64,000 bases of DNA from the NCBI GenBank assembly GCA_044892525.1, contig CM097886.1, forward strand, positions 2,914,001 to 2,978,000. Reading direction: 5' to 3'. The first letter of the stretch is position 1. Each line of letters opens with the position of its first letter. The notes beneath the pieces are model-generated. The model was given only the letters and a program-made list of their open reading frames with translations, made no database searches and was not told where the DNA came from. This document shows positions 10,901 to 22,610 of the stretch, one piece after another. This DNA comes from Schmidtea polychroa (lineage: Eukaryota). The position numbers were made by a program, and so were the translations under genes.

Positions 10901-13124
10901 TTCTATGGAAATTGAACCATTTTTCAGATTTCATTTATCATAGCAATTAACTATCCGCATCAATTACGTAATTATAAAAAAATTAAAGAGGGAGGGTAAA
11001 GTGATGCAGTAAACCACTAACTACCTACTCGAGTTCATCGACAATCTTAGAACAATCGTCAGATCATGTGTCGATGTTTTCGTGGCAACATTGAATGCTG
11101 GAACAAATATTTCTATAATCGCTTTAAATGTCGTTTTCAATAAAAACTTTATGGAAATTTGTTTCGTGTCTCTACAAATACTTATTTAAAATTAATACTA
11201 AAATTTACTTTTATTTACTTAAATTTACTTAATTCTAAATAATCATTTATTTCAAAATTATTACTTATTTACTTTTATTTTCCAGACAACATTGTTTCTT
11301 AAAAATATATTACATTACTTCACTTTTTAAAATTACATTACTTTAAAGTGACCAGATATTCTTTATAGGAATGTGGGACATGTTCAAATCAAAACCGCCT
11401 AATCCGGGATGTCTGGTTACTTTATATTAGAGTTTGGTTATATCATTCTGGTAAATCCTATCAAACTACACCAAACTCAGTTTCAATTCCTATCAGGGAC
11501 ACTCTCAATGATAGATATTAAAGCTATTGATGAAGTTTTCAAAATGGATTCAAATCTAAAATGCTATCAAAATGCTTTCTTCAAGAATCGATATACAAGA
11601 TATTATGATGCCTTTGCAGAAATAAGCTTTAAGGAACAAGAAAACTGGTATTTAACAATTACGATTCAAGGATATTGTTAGCGCTTAAGGGGGGTCATTT
11701 CAATGTTCTAAGGTTGCTCATGAATTTGACAACGACTCTTTGTACACAGTGACTGAAAATCAATAAGCAGGTGAGGTCTACTACTAAAACTACTCCTCAT
11801 TATATTCTCATTTTTGGGTCCTGGACTGCCGATAGAAAGTCATACGTCACCTTTTCATTTTCTATTCCCTTTTTAGATTATTGTCCTTCCTTATTCTATT
11901 AGTTATGGTCCTCATCACTGGGTGTTATTCAATTTACTTTTGAAAATTTTGCGCAAGGATCCGCCCTACATTCCCAGTTCATAAATGTTGTCCTAGATTT
12001 TCTATAATAATTGATATTATCGAGTGTACTCTTCGAAATATTTGAGTAGGGATCGGCTTATATTTCCAATGCTGACCGATTTTGACCTAATTGCTATCTA
12101 CCAGAAACAGATTTTCCTTATTTTAATTTCGAAAAATCGTATTACTGCGCGATTCTGATTCATTCACCACTCATTAGAACCAGGTTTTCTACCCGAACGG
12201 GTCAATCCATTTATAAACTTCAAGGCCGTTATTTTATCATCATTTCGCGATTTCATTCACCAGGAACTATCTCGTAGCATGGCACAAGGTGAATTGTTCG
12301 TCATTTGGCGACTTTATCGACTTATAGCAATCTCGTAGCATGGCACAAGGGGCGCATGCGTACGTCACTAGACTTCAAGTGGATGAATCTTCCAAATGAC
12401 TATTTATTATGCCACACTCGGCAGGTTTCGGAACCCGAACGAGGAACCATCAAGAGTCCCGCAGGGTTCTCTACACGCCAGTTGGTTGTTATATTTTGGA
12501 CTCTCTGAAATACATGGTTAATCATAAGAAAATAGAAATAGAAATAAAAATAAATAAATTACACATTAACATTTATTTATTTGAAAATTACATTACCCAA
12601 AAAACAAACATACCACGCATGCATCAATCTGAAAACTGAGAGCAATTTAACAAGTTAAGTTAAGTTCGGTTAAGTTAACTTAAATTGAAAAAATGAATTT
12701 TCAATAGGTATTTATACTGATTGTGAATGTCCGCCTACGCATTTGCTTCCCCTCTATCGAATTTATTTAATTGATTGTTTTAAACAATCGAATTATTTAA
12801 ATGATTTTATTTATTTATTTATTTATTTTTTATTAATTTTATTTCATTATCAATTATTATCGAAAAATTTTTAATTTATTTATTTATAAAAATTTTCTAT
12901 TCTTTTTTTTAAATTATGCACTCTTTGCCATAGCTCCTTCACATGTAAATACGAGTAATAACATCCTTAATTAATATTGTGAGTAGTTAATAATAAAATG
13001 TTAAATTAAAATTATTTCATGATTAAATTTTGTAAAATTAAAAGTGAAACTTAAATTATTTGAAATATATTAGAATTGAAATGGTTTAAAATTAAAATGA
13101 ATATTTATAAAGAAAATATTAAAA

Positions 13125-13778
13125 ATGGCCTCACACACTTGGAATGAGGATGAAATTCAGAAATGTTTACTAACACATTGCATAAAAGATAAAGAAATCA
13201 GAAAAGAAATCAAAATGAAAGATCTCAAAACGGCGAAACAGATTAAAGAAACTATAAAAAATATAGAAAACGTTAACAAGGTTATTGAACAACTAAACAC
13301 TGTGAGATCAATACGACCTACAACTGGAGAAAGAACTAATAGAGATTTGGTACAAGTTGGAGCCACAAAAAGAAAAATCAACGAATGGAAACCAGAGACA
13401 AGAGATAAAGTAGAGAATGTAATATGAAAAGGAGATTTCAATGTTATGCATGTGGTGTTAATGAGAATGCCCAACGATCAAATGTCAGGATACAAAGAAA
13501 GAATGTGCTAAACAAATATGGAAAGACGAAATCAACGAAGAGATCGAGACTAGAGAAAGATGTCAGGAGGAAGAATTCAAAGAAATACCTATCAACAAAG
13601 AAAAGATATGTATCAACCAAGGAACGTACATCAAAGACAATGGGGAAACCAACAATATAACAGAAGAGATATGCCAGCTATCCAGTCTGATGATGAGAAG
13701 ATAAATACAAAACATTCAAGTCAGCCAGACGAGTATTATGGTCCTTGGTATGTAAATACGACCAATAATCATTCTTAA
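13125..13778 (+). mobile_element. Decayed retroelement gag-like ORF with zinc-knuckle remnants
   Basis: Lys/Glu-rich ORF, then CYACG and RECPTIKC across frameshifts; long AT-rich leader upstream. Confidence 0.55.
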
Positions 13779-14387
13779 TCTTTTATATTATTAATTATTT
13801 ATTTTATTTATTATTCCTTTGTTTTCGAGTTTGCAAATTTTCAAACGCTTTATTTCTCTATTAACTACGTTAGTAATTGTATCTTCTTGCGTTTATCAAT
13901 TTTATTATACGTGTTTTATTTATTCTCAATGTGTTGTGTACTTTACTTTGTATTATTTAGTTTATAACCATAGATTTTAATTCAACTTGGTGCAGTTTTT
14001 ATGCTATATATTTTCGACTCATTAAAACAAGCTCTCGATTTTTTGGCTCTAGACCAACAAAATAAAGTCGATAATAATGATGTATTTTCTACTATTAGGA
14101 AATTTTCAAGCGCTAGAATTGCACAAATATTCTAATATATGTTGTTTAATGTTAATAAATGTATTTATTCATATTTGTGTTTGTTTTTTATTTCACATAG
14201 AAATAATAATAATATAATAATAATAATAATATAAAGTGATGATTTCTTGGTAGCAGCATTTATTATTTAAATCAATAAAATGATAATTTAAGCCTTTTGC
14301 AGCAAAAAATGTCTTTAATAAAAAGATTTTCGACTATAAGATTGTCCTTGATAGGCAAAAGGCTTAAATTATCATTTTGTTGTTTTA

Positions 14388-14444
<57 letters not shown>
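14388..14444. repeat. (AAT)n microsatellite
   Basis: Pure aat run. Confidence 0.97.
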
Positions 14445-14445
<1 letters not shown>

Positions 14446-14892
14446 TCACAGACTTTGCAACAATAATGCAAATTAATTTCAATAGAAATGCAAATTTTAA
14501 CAAAGACATACTATAAACAAAGTCATGTTAAAATTTAAAAATAATAATAATGTTGTCAGAGAAAGGTAAAATAGATGTATATAATATTCTGTTAATTTTT
14601 ATTTAGAATTTTTAATCAACTTTTTATTTGAAAAACTAGAGCAAATAACCGGTGTAAGAATTTAAAAAAAAAGACTGTTTCAGAAGCATTGAATGGAGAA
14701 TTGGAGAATTTGGAGAATTTGTTTAAATATCCAATACAATTCAGATCCGATTGTATGCTAAACACTCTGTATAAAAAGGCTAACTTCTAAGCAAAAATTT
14801 TCATTCTTGTAGTGACTGCCCTGCTGGTTGGTTGATAATTTTGATTAGCTACTATTGTGAAATTAGTGTATTTTTTAGGCAATTAAACGCTT

Positions 14893-15660
14893 ATGTCTGA
14901 TTTAATTTATAAACACAAATCTGGCGCTCAGAAGAGGAAACGAAAAACTGAGAAAGAATCAAATTCATCACATGGTCGTCAGTTCATAACAAATTTTTCA
15001 AAGAAAAGAACATAGTTCCCGATAAAGATCAAAGTGAAGGTGGTGATGATGATAGATATGACATTGAAGTCCAAGTAGAAAATCATTATCGAAGGAGAAG
15101 CAACTGTTACTTGTGAATTTCAGAATTCCCTTGGTTTACCCAGTATTGGATTATATTATCAATGATTTAAAGACAAGATTTGAAGCAGCAGACACCATAT
15201 GCGAATTATTCTCACCCATTTTGAACTTCCAGAACTTAGACGATAGTCAACTTACCTCAAAAGCATCAAAGCTTGTAAAAACATATAAGACAGATCTGTC
15301 AGAAGACTTACTGCACGAAATCATTCACCTTAAAAGTATTCACAAAACAGTTTTCGGAACTGAAAGAAGTCCAATTAAACTTCTGAATGCAATTTATGAC
15401 AAAAAACTACAAGGTATATTTGCTAATATCTGCCTCGCCATTAAACTGTTTTGTATCGTACCAGTTACGGTTTCTTCAGCTGAAAGATAATTCAGCAGGC
15501 TGGCAAATTCATTAAAAACATAGCACAACTGGTCAAGATCGACTCAATCATCTAGCAATTTTAAGTATCGAAAATGATTTAGCAAAGAAAGTTGATTTTA
15601 ATGATGTCATTGAAAAATTTGCATTAACAAAAGCTAGAAAATATAGTCTACTTTGAGATA
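14893..15660 (+). mobile_element. Internally deleted hAT (ZMYM1-like) transposase remnant
   Basis: N-terminal MSDLIYKHKSGAQKRKRK joined to the C-terminal dimerisation region PVTVSSAER*FSRL...RLNHLAILSIENDLAKKVDFNDVIEKFA; DDE core missing. Confidence 0.85.
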
Positions 15661-15987
15661 ATTTTTGATATTATTGTTTTTACCATAGTCTATGTTTTTT
15701 TTAAATGTAAAGCTAAAAACTGTAGTTAATTTTTAATAAATTTTTAATGTTATTTTCTTGCCATCATTTAATCCGCCCTATTTTATTCTAATTCCTGTAG
15801 AGCATCAGGCGGTATATAGTTTGGGGGCCCGCTTTAGGATGTGGGGGCCATGGTTAAATAACAAAACGTTAATTTGTTTAAATTGTATTTGTTTAAACTT
15901 TGTATTTGTTTTAGTCATCATTTCACACTCGCTTTTAAAATATAAATTTATAATCAAAGATTTATTTTTAAAACGACAATGTTTCAA

Positions 15988-18222
15988 TCAGTTCAATATT
16001 TGAATGTGCTCAATTAGTTTAGGGCCTTCAACTGTAAATTTATTTTTCAATGGTCCAATCTTTACGGTTATTTTCTTAGGTGTACGTTCCACTAAACCTT
16101 TTTTTCTAAACTTTGAAATTATTTGATTAGTTCTCTTTTCGACCGCTTTGGTGAGAAAATCATCTGGAAAAAACATTGGATATTTGGATAATTCATTTTC
16201 AGTTTTTCCATCAATAGGCCATTTCCACAGCTCAAAAAAAGGACACAAATTCATTTTGGATATATTAGAAGTAATCGTAATCCAAAGTTGAATTTTGTCA
16301 TTGTCAGAAACCTGTTTTAATTTCTTTTCCATTACATCAAACTGTCGGAATGTTTGAGCAAATAACTCCCATCCAAAATGATGCCTTAGTTGTGCAAATA
16401 TAGATAATGCTATAAAATGGTTATTTCTCCAGTTGGCATCAAATGTTCCATTAATCAAATAATCTTTTACGTCGTTAATTGTTAACCGTTCTTGAAACCA
16501 ACCAGTAGTTGGATCCCAAGAACTTTGTTTATGCATGGATTCAGTAGCTATTATAGAAAATATGTTGTTTGTTGTTTCTCCCGTTCCCTTGAAAGTAAAT
16601 ATTCCATATTGTAGGTTATGTCCCATCTCATGCATCAAACCCCATGGACCTGTTTTAAGATGTTTTATTGAAAATATAAAGTTATCTTTAGTAGGATTTC
16701 CAAGATGATATACCATTGTACCGATAGGATATCCTGAATGCATATATCCAACTCCAATTTGTATATCAGTTGTCACTAATTCTCTGCGTCTATCAGAAAC
16801 GTTTCTTCCTCTCAAATGAAATTCTTCTTTAAACATTGAATCGTACAGCTTTAAAGGCGTCTCCGGATCGGCTACATTTCGAATGGCACTTGATGCTACT
16901 AAAAATACAGTTGTGTCACTAGCAAGGATTGCCCAAGGAGACTCTAATTTTTGTTTTCGAATCCATTCCTTTGAATCCTCTCGATTTCTTCTATCAAAGT
17001 ACGGTATTTGCATTACATTTTTAAATATTATTTCGACTTTATCATTATTTTCCCTACAAGAAATTGCAATCAATCCGCCAAATGGGAAATTAATAGTATG
17101 CGTTTTGTATCTTTCAATTTTGTACTGCATACGCGTCACGGGCCATTTCGTAATTTCAGATTTATAAGCTATCATAATTTGATGATGATTTAAATATATC
17201 GTGCAAGTCTTTGATATGGATTTAACAATTCTGATTGAGGTATCTAGTCTAGGATAAAGATAAAGACCAAGATAGACATCTTCGTTCCTAAAAGGAAGGT
17301 TGAGGTTCATCTTAATATCTACAAGTGGAGGATTATCTGATTGAAATTTACCAGGATAAAGCGCCAATGCTGGAGGTAGCACATTTACTTCGAATGGAGA
17401 AACTAAAATATAGCTGAAAAATCTAATGAAACATTTATCAGGTTCTTTATCAATCGGTTTATCAATACAAGAAGTGAGACTTTTAATGAATGGCCAGTTA
17501 TCTGAATATAAATCCTGAAAATATGTTTTTATCAAGTCAAAGTTTTTTTTGCTAATTCCTTGCTTAATTGGAATTCTGTCAGGTATTTCATAAAGAAATA
17601 TTGTTACTTCATCCATGATTTTGTTGTCCGTTTTGGCATATTCAAATAATTGATTAAATGCCATAGTATGTATAGAGTGCTTAGTAACGGTTTTCCAATC
17701 ATCATCATGTAAGGATAATTCTGGCCAAACCCCCGCAGCATAAAGCAGAACTTTGATTTCAGAATCTAAAATATTTTGTACATAGGCTTCGTATACCCAT
17801 GGTTTTATCGCTATGACAATCCTCAATCCGGACTCTATATATGTAAGTAAAATACCAACTAAATCTGGACCTATTATTTTATGACTATTCCAGATGAAAG
17901 GTTCAGATAATATAGATTCTGATTTGTTCGCTGAAATTATTTCTTTTAGATATGATTTTACCAAAAACTTTGGTTTTTTTACAGGCTTGTCAAAGACATT
18001 TTGAAAAAAATCTTGGAATTGTTTATACTGCGTTTCATCCGCTGCATCATGGCTCGAGATAAATGCAATACGGCCTTTTCCGACAGTTGAAATGGTCATG
18101 GAAATTTTATTTTTACTATTGATTGCGTAAGCGATTGCGTTATCATGCAACAAGAAAAAGTTACCTGGATTTCTACCCAAAGAAATTTTCAACTCTTTTT
18201 TATTTCTATAATATGCATGCAT
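15988..18222 (-). CDS. TCAF/FAM115-like M60 metallopeptidase, copy 2 (744 aa, intronless)
   Basis: Same HEMGH...GETTNN motifs, colinear with copy 1, ATG preceded by TTTAG. Confidence 0.93.
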   Translation of the reverse strand: MHAYYRNKKELKISLGRNPGNFFLLHDNAIAYAINSKNKISMTISTVGKGRIAFISSHDAADETQYKQFQDFFQNVFDKPVKKPKFLVKSYLKEIISANKSESILSEPFIWNSHKIIGPDLVGILLTYIESGLRIVIAIKPWVYEAYVQNILDSEIKVLLYAAGVWPELSLHDDDWKTVTKHSIHTMAFNQLFEYAKTDNKIMDEVTIFLYEIPDRIPIKQGISKKNFDLIKTYFQDLYSDNWPFIKSLTSCIDKPIDKEPDKCFIRFFSYILVSPFEVNVLPPALALYPGKFQSDNPPLVDIKMNLNLPFRNEDVYLGLYLYPRLDTSIRIVKSISKTCTIYLNHHQIMIAYKSEITKWPVTRMQYKIERYKTHTINFPFGGLIAISCRENNDKVEIIFKNVMQIPYFDRRNREDSKEWIRKQKLESPWAILASDTTVFLVASSAIRNVADPETPLKLYDSMFKEEFHLRGRNVSDRRRELVTTDIQIGVGYMHSGYPIGTMVYHLGNPTKDNFIFSIKHLKTGPWGLMHEMGHNLQYGIFTFKGTGETTNNIFSIIATESMHKQSSWDPTTGWFQERLTINDVKDYLINGTFDANWRNNHFIALSIFAQLRHHFGWELFAQTFRQFDVMEKKLKQVSDNDKIQLWITITSNISKMNLCPFFELWKWPIDGKTENELSKYPMFFPDDFLTKAVEKRTNQIISKFRKKGLVERTPKKITVKIGPLKNKFTVEGPKLIEHIQILN

Positions 18223-18910
18223 CTAAATTCATAATTAAATAAATTTTTCCATAAAATATAAATAATTTATTTAATATTATGCAAATATTTTTTTAATTAA
18301 TTATAAATTAAAAATTTTATATATCCTTATTTTTTATACCATTCGTTCTGAAACTGAGAAATAGATGTAATCAACATTAACATAAAACCTTAACATAAAA
18401 TAAGAGAAGTAAATTCCACGATTCAAATACTTTAATTGATTCAACATTATTTGAAATTTAAATTCCTTTATACTTTTCTATTTTTTATTTTTTATTTTTT
18501 TTATAAACCTAAAGACAACAAAATAAAAAAAATATTTTCTAAATTTCAGTAGGATAGAAAACTTAACACACAAAAGCATAACAATTCCAGCACACACACA
18601 TCGTGGCACGAAGGCATTATATCCATCAAAGATTTGATTGGATGCACACCAAATACATCAATTCATTTTCTTTGATGTTTCAAGAATTTTTGAACAGGGA
18701 AAATTATTTAAATTTTATTTATGTTTTAAAATATCTTTTTTAGAACATATTGATCAAGCCTCAAATTATGCCCCAGAACTAAATGGGAGGATGCTGTTGC
18801 TAAAGATGTACCTGGATTTATATACATTGAGGAACAATGTTGTGATTCATTTGAAAAATGTTAGTGTTGTTTTACTTATATAATTTTCTATGATTTTTTA
18901 TTTGTTTATG

Positions 18911-18969
<59 letters not shown>

Positions 18970-18980
18970 AAGAAGAAGAA
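18911..18980. repeat. Compound (AAT)n(AAG)n microsatellite
   Basis: Direct reading. Confidence 0.97.
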
Positions 18981-18984
18981 CAAA

Positions 18985-19330
18985 GTTTAATTTGTAATAT
19001 AAACATTATAAAACAAATCTTAACTTTAAATTAATTAATGATAAGATATTTTCTTATTTTTCTTGAAGCATCTGTAAGGATCCATTTATATTTTGTCTGA
19101 GATAAAGTTGCATTATGATAAAAAAAGTATAATCCCATGAACCCTGCAGTAATTATTGACATATTTATCCAAATCAGAATCGTAATGATCAATAAGTATG
19201 TAGCACGATATATAAACTATTACATATCATTTTATAGAAACAAACAAACTGCAAACAACTAATATCATTACACCAAAGAAAAAGCTAGCTATATCAGCAA
19301 CATCTTTGACCCTCGCTTAAAATATGGTAA
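18985..19330 (-). mobile_element. Possible 3' remnant of a CR1/L2-type LINE ending in the microsatellite
   Basis: Decayed coding-like sequence running into a simple-repeat tail; no intact motif. Confidence 0.3.
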
Positions 19331-19656
19331 GTTGAGATATGAATGTTTCCGTCTAGTAATTTCGATAAATATTCGATAAAATTCCAAATGTGAAATGATC
19401 ATTTGCAAATTCAATAATTAGTTTACTAGTAAACGATGCCAATGATAATCAAATTAATTATTGAGTCTTAGAATTCATAGATCACAAATCGATTGTATAC
19501 ATTACAATGATTTTCATTGAATAATTAATTTGATTATCATTGCATTTTGGTTACCTGGAATTTAATAAATTAAAAAAGAAAAAGAATTCAAACATAAATA
19601 ACAATCAAATTAACACGAAACATAAAATTAATAACAAACACAAAAATGGATATAAA

Positions 19657-19704
<48 letters not shown>
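19657..19704. repeat. (AAT)n microsatellite
   Basis: Direct reading. Confidence 0.97.
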
Positions 19705-20173
19705 TCAAAGAGACCTGCTGTTAGTATTCAATCTTGCGTCCCCTTTAAAATGATTTAAAAAGATCAAATTATTAAAAGTGACGATAAAGATGAATTTCAT
19801 TCAAATAATATTCAAGTAGGTGATTCGCTCGATATTGCCGACGAACCTAAAATTGAAATAGATTTTAAGGGAGCCAGAAAAAGTCTCACATTTGATGTGC
19901 AGATAAAAGATTTAATTCAAATCACTGTAACAAATAACCCTAACCCTAAACGATGCCAATGATAATCAAGTTAATTAACAATTTCGACCTGTGTGTAAAT
20001 TTACATTCTGAATTTGTCACTTTCTCCTTAATATGAAAAATGCAATGAAAACTTTTGTTTTAAATGTTTTTAAATAGCTTTTTTTCTAAATTATTTTTTT
20101 CTATATATATTAAAAAGCTTGACTATGATTGTTTGTTTTCTAAATAAGAGTGCAGTATAATAATAAAATATAC

Positions 20174-22579
20174 CTTTTTTTGATATTCATTAAACTCTTT
20201 ATTAGGAGGCTTTTTTGGATAGAGTGTTCCCGACTGTTTGATTGTGAAATCTGAACTTTTTAGCAAGGATATCAACATCAAATATTTCAACGGTTCCAAA
20301 CAAGAATAGGAAATTATGTAATTTTCACTTGTTTTTGTCGACTTGGTAATTGAACAAAATTCATATTCATCTAAATCAGTTTGACATTCAGGATTATAAG
20401 CTGATGCCCACAATGATGTCTTTTTTAAAGTTCGAGATTTCAGTGACTCTTAGAAATTAATAATAAAACACAACAGAATGTGATTCTTGTTACCAAGTTT
20501 GATGGACAAGGTAACTGTCACTGTATGATAGATATTATCCAATGTAACTATTGTCATGCTCTTACGAATTCCTTTCAAGTAATCATATGCTCCAAAATAT
20601 TCCGTCTGACCCATTTCTAAAAATTAATTATTGTAATGTTACTGACAAAATTGTTATCACTTTTTTCACAATTAACTATGTGACAGTCTTCTCTTTTATA
20701 GTTATTCGAATAATAACACCAAGGACTTTTAGACTGATCCGGATTGCGACATTTGTTGCCAGCAAGATTTAGATTCCTTTCCGGAAATGAGTTTGCGGTA
20801 TGTCTTTTGAAGTTTATCCATGGCTTACATCTTTTACCAGATTTTGTTTGACTTATGTCGCCAAGATATTCTGTTCCCTTTTCAGTATCTTTGCACCAAT
20901 TTCGATCTAATAATTACAGAGTTCTCAGATGTAGTAGAATTGAAGTTGTTACCTTTATTGCACTTTTTAATATAACAGGATTCCCATTCCAATGTCATTT
21001 CATCGATAATACACCACGGACCATTTGGAAAATTCGTTGGATTTCTACAGTAATTGTTACCAATAAGCGAGGTATTGTCAAAATAAAATGTATCATCCAT
21101 AACTATTTGATTTACATATTCACTTTTCCAAAAGATACATCGTTGCCCACTTTTTGCATAATTCTTCATCCCCAAATATTCTCTACCGTGAGTTGTCATT
21201 TTACATTTTTCTATTTCTGAATAATTTTTAAAATGAATTGAAACTTTTCAACTATATGTTTACTTTTCAAATGATTGTTTATTGTGACTTTTCTTTTGAA
21301 TTTAAATAGTGTATAAACCCAATATACTTTTTTCCAAAAAAGTACAACAAGCATAGAGTATTTGGAACCCAATAGATAATGGCTAGTAATGAGAAAGAGA
21401 TTGTAACAATTTTGTTATGTTAATTAATAAATTTAATTCATTGATGATAGTTTGATATTAGGGAGATGTATGGACCTGGTACAAATCTTTCTGATTGGCT
21501 GATTAAAAACTTGAATCATTCTTATTATATTTCATTCAGGTGAGGTGGCAATCAGTTTTGTATTGTTTAAAGCAGTGGTAGGGGAGGCGCCAAAACCTTT
21601 AGGTAAAAAATGATTTTCATACTATAATATCTACAAATAAATGAAACTTCATATTGTAACGAAACTGTAAATATTCAGTAAATAAATACTTAATTTTATT
21701 TTTATTAAATTTCTATACATACATTTAATTCGTATATAAAAATTATCCGAAGAGGAAGATTTTAAAATTGGCGCCTTTGCAACGCTCTGTTTCGGTAATG
21801 CACAAAACGCCCTCTAGTTGCACGAAACAATAACCTCAAATTTATACGTCACTCGTCGCAAAAGTGTGAACTGTAGCGAATTGGCTGGATGTGTTATTGT
21901 TATTATCGTGATTTCTTTCTGAAAACAATCGTTAGTATATTTTCATATTTATATTTAATTATTATTTATTTTAAATTATATCAATAAAATATTTTTAGAA
22001 AAATGGATAAATTTTTGAGTGGGTACAAGAGAAAAGTTGTGCATATATTCATGTAAGGTTAAAAAATATTAATAATAATTATAATATTAATAATAATAAT
22101 AATGATAACAAAGCCATTGAAAATGATGCAGATGACGGAGAAATTGAAGACAGACGAAATAATGCAGAAATTGAAAACGATCTTATAGACATAGACGATG
22201 TTTTGATGACAGACTTGGGAGATTATGATTAAAAAACTTTATTTTTTATTTAATTGTTATTATTTTTATTTGTTGTCTCTTAATCACAACTAAATGAAAA
22301 TAATATTTAAACAAATTAACAACTAATAATTGTTATTATGTTTCATAAAGTAATTTTATAAAGAAATTTTTACATTTTGTAAATTTTTAATTTAAAATTT
22401 AGATTAATTTTTTATATTAATTTAAGATTTATTAGTTTAAGATTATTAGTTGTTAATTTGTTTAAATATTATTATTTTCATTTAGTTGTGATCTATACGA
22501 TTCCTAGCGTGAAGAATACTGTTAAACGGTCGAAATTTATAGCAATATTATATTTTAATATGCTTAGTTGACGATTTTC

Positions 22580-22610
<31 letters not shown>

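Noticed and set aside
11400-12500. Candidate gene or gypsy pol fragment
   Set aside because: GC-richer and probably retroelement-derived, but no motif solid enough to call.
13686-13710. ctgatga at about 13687 as another hammerhead
   Set aside because: No stem II or GAAA follows.
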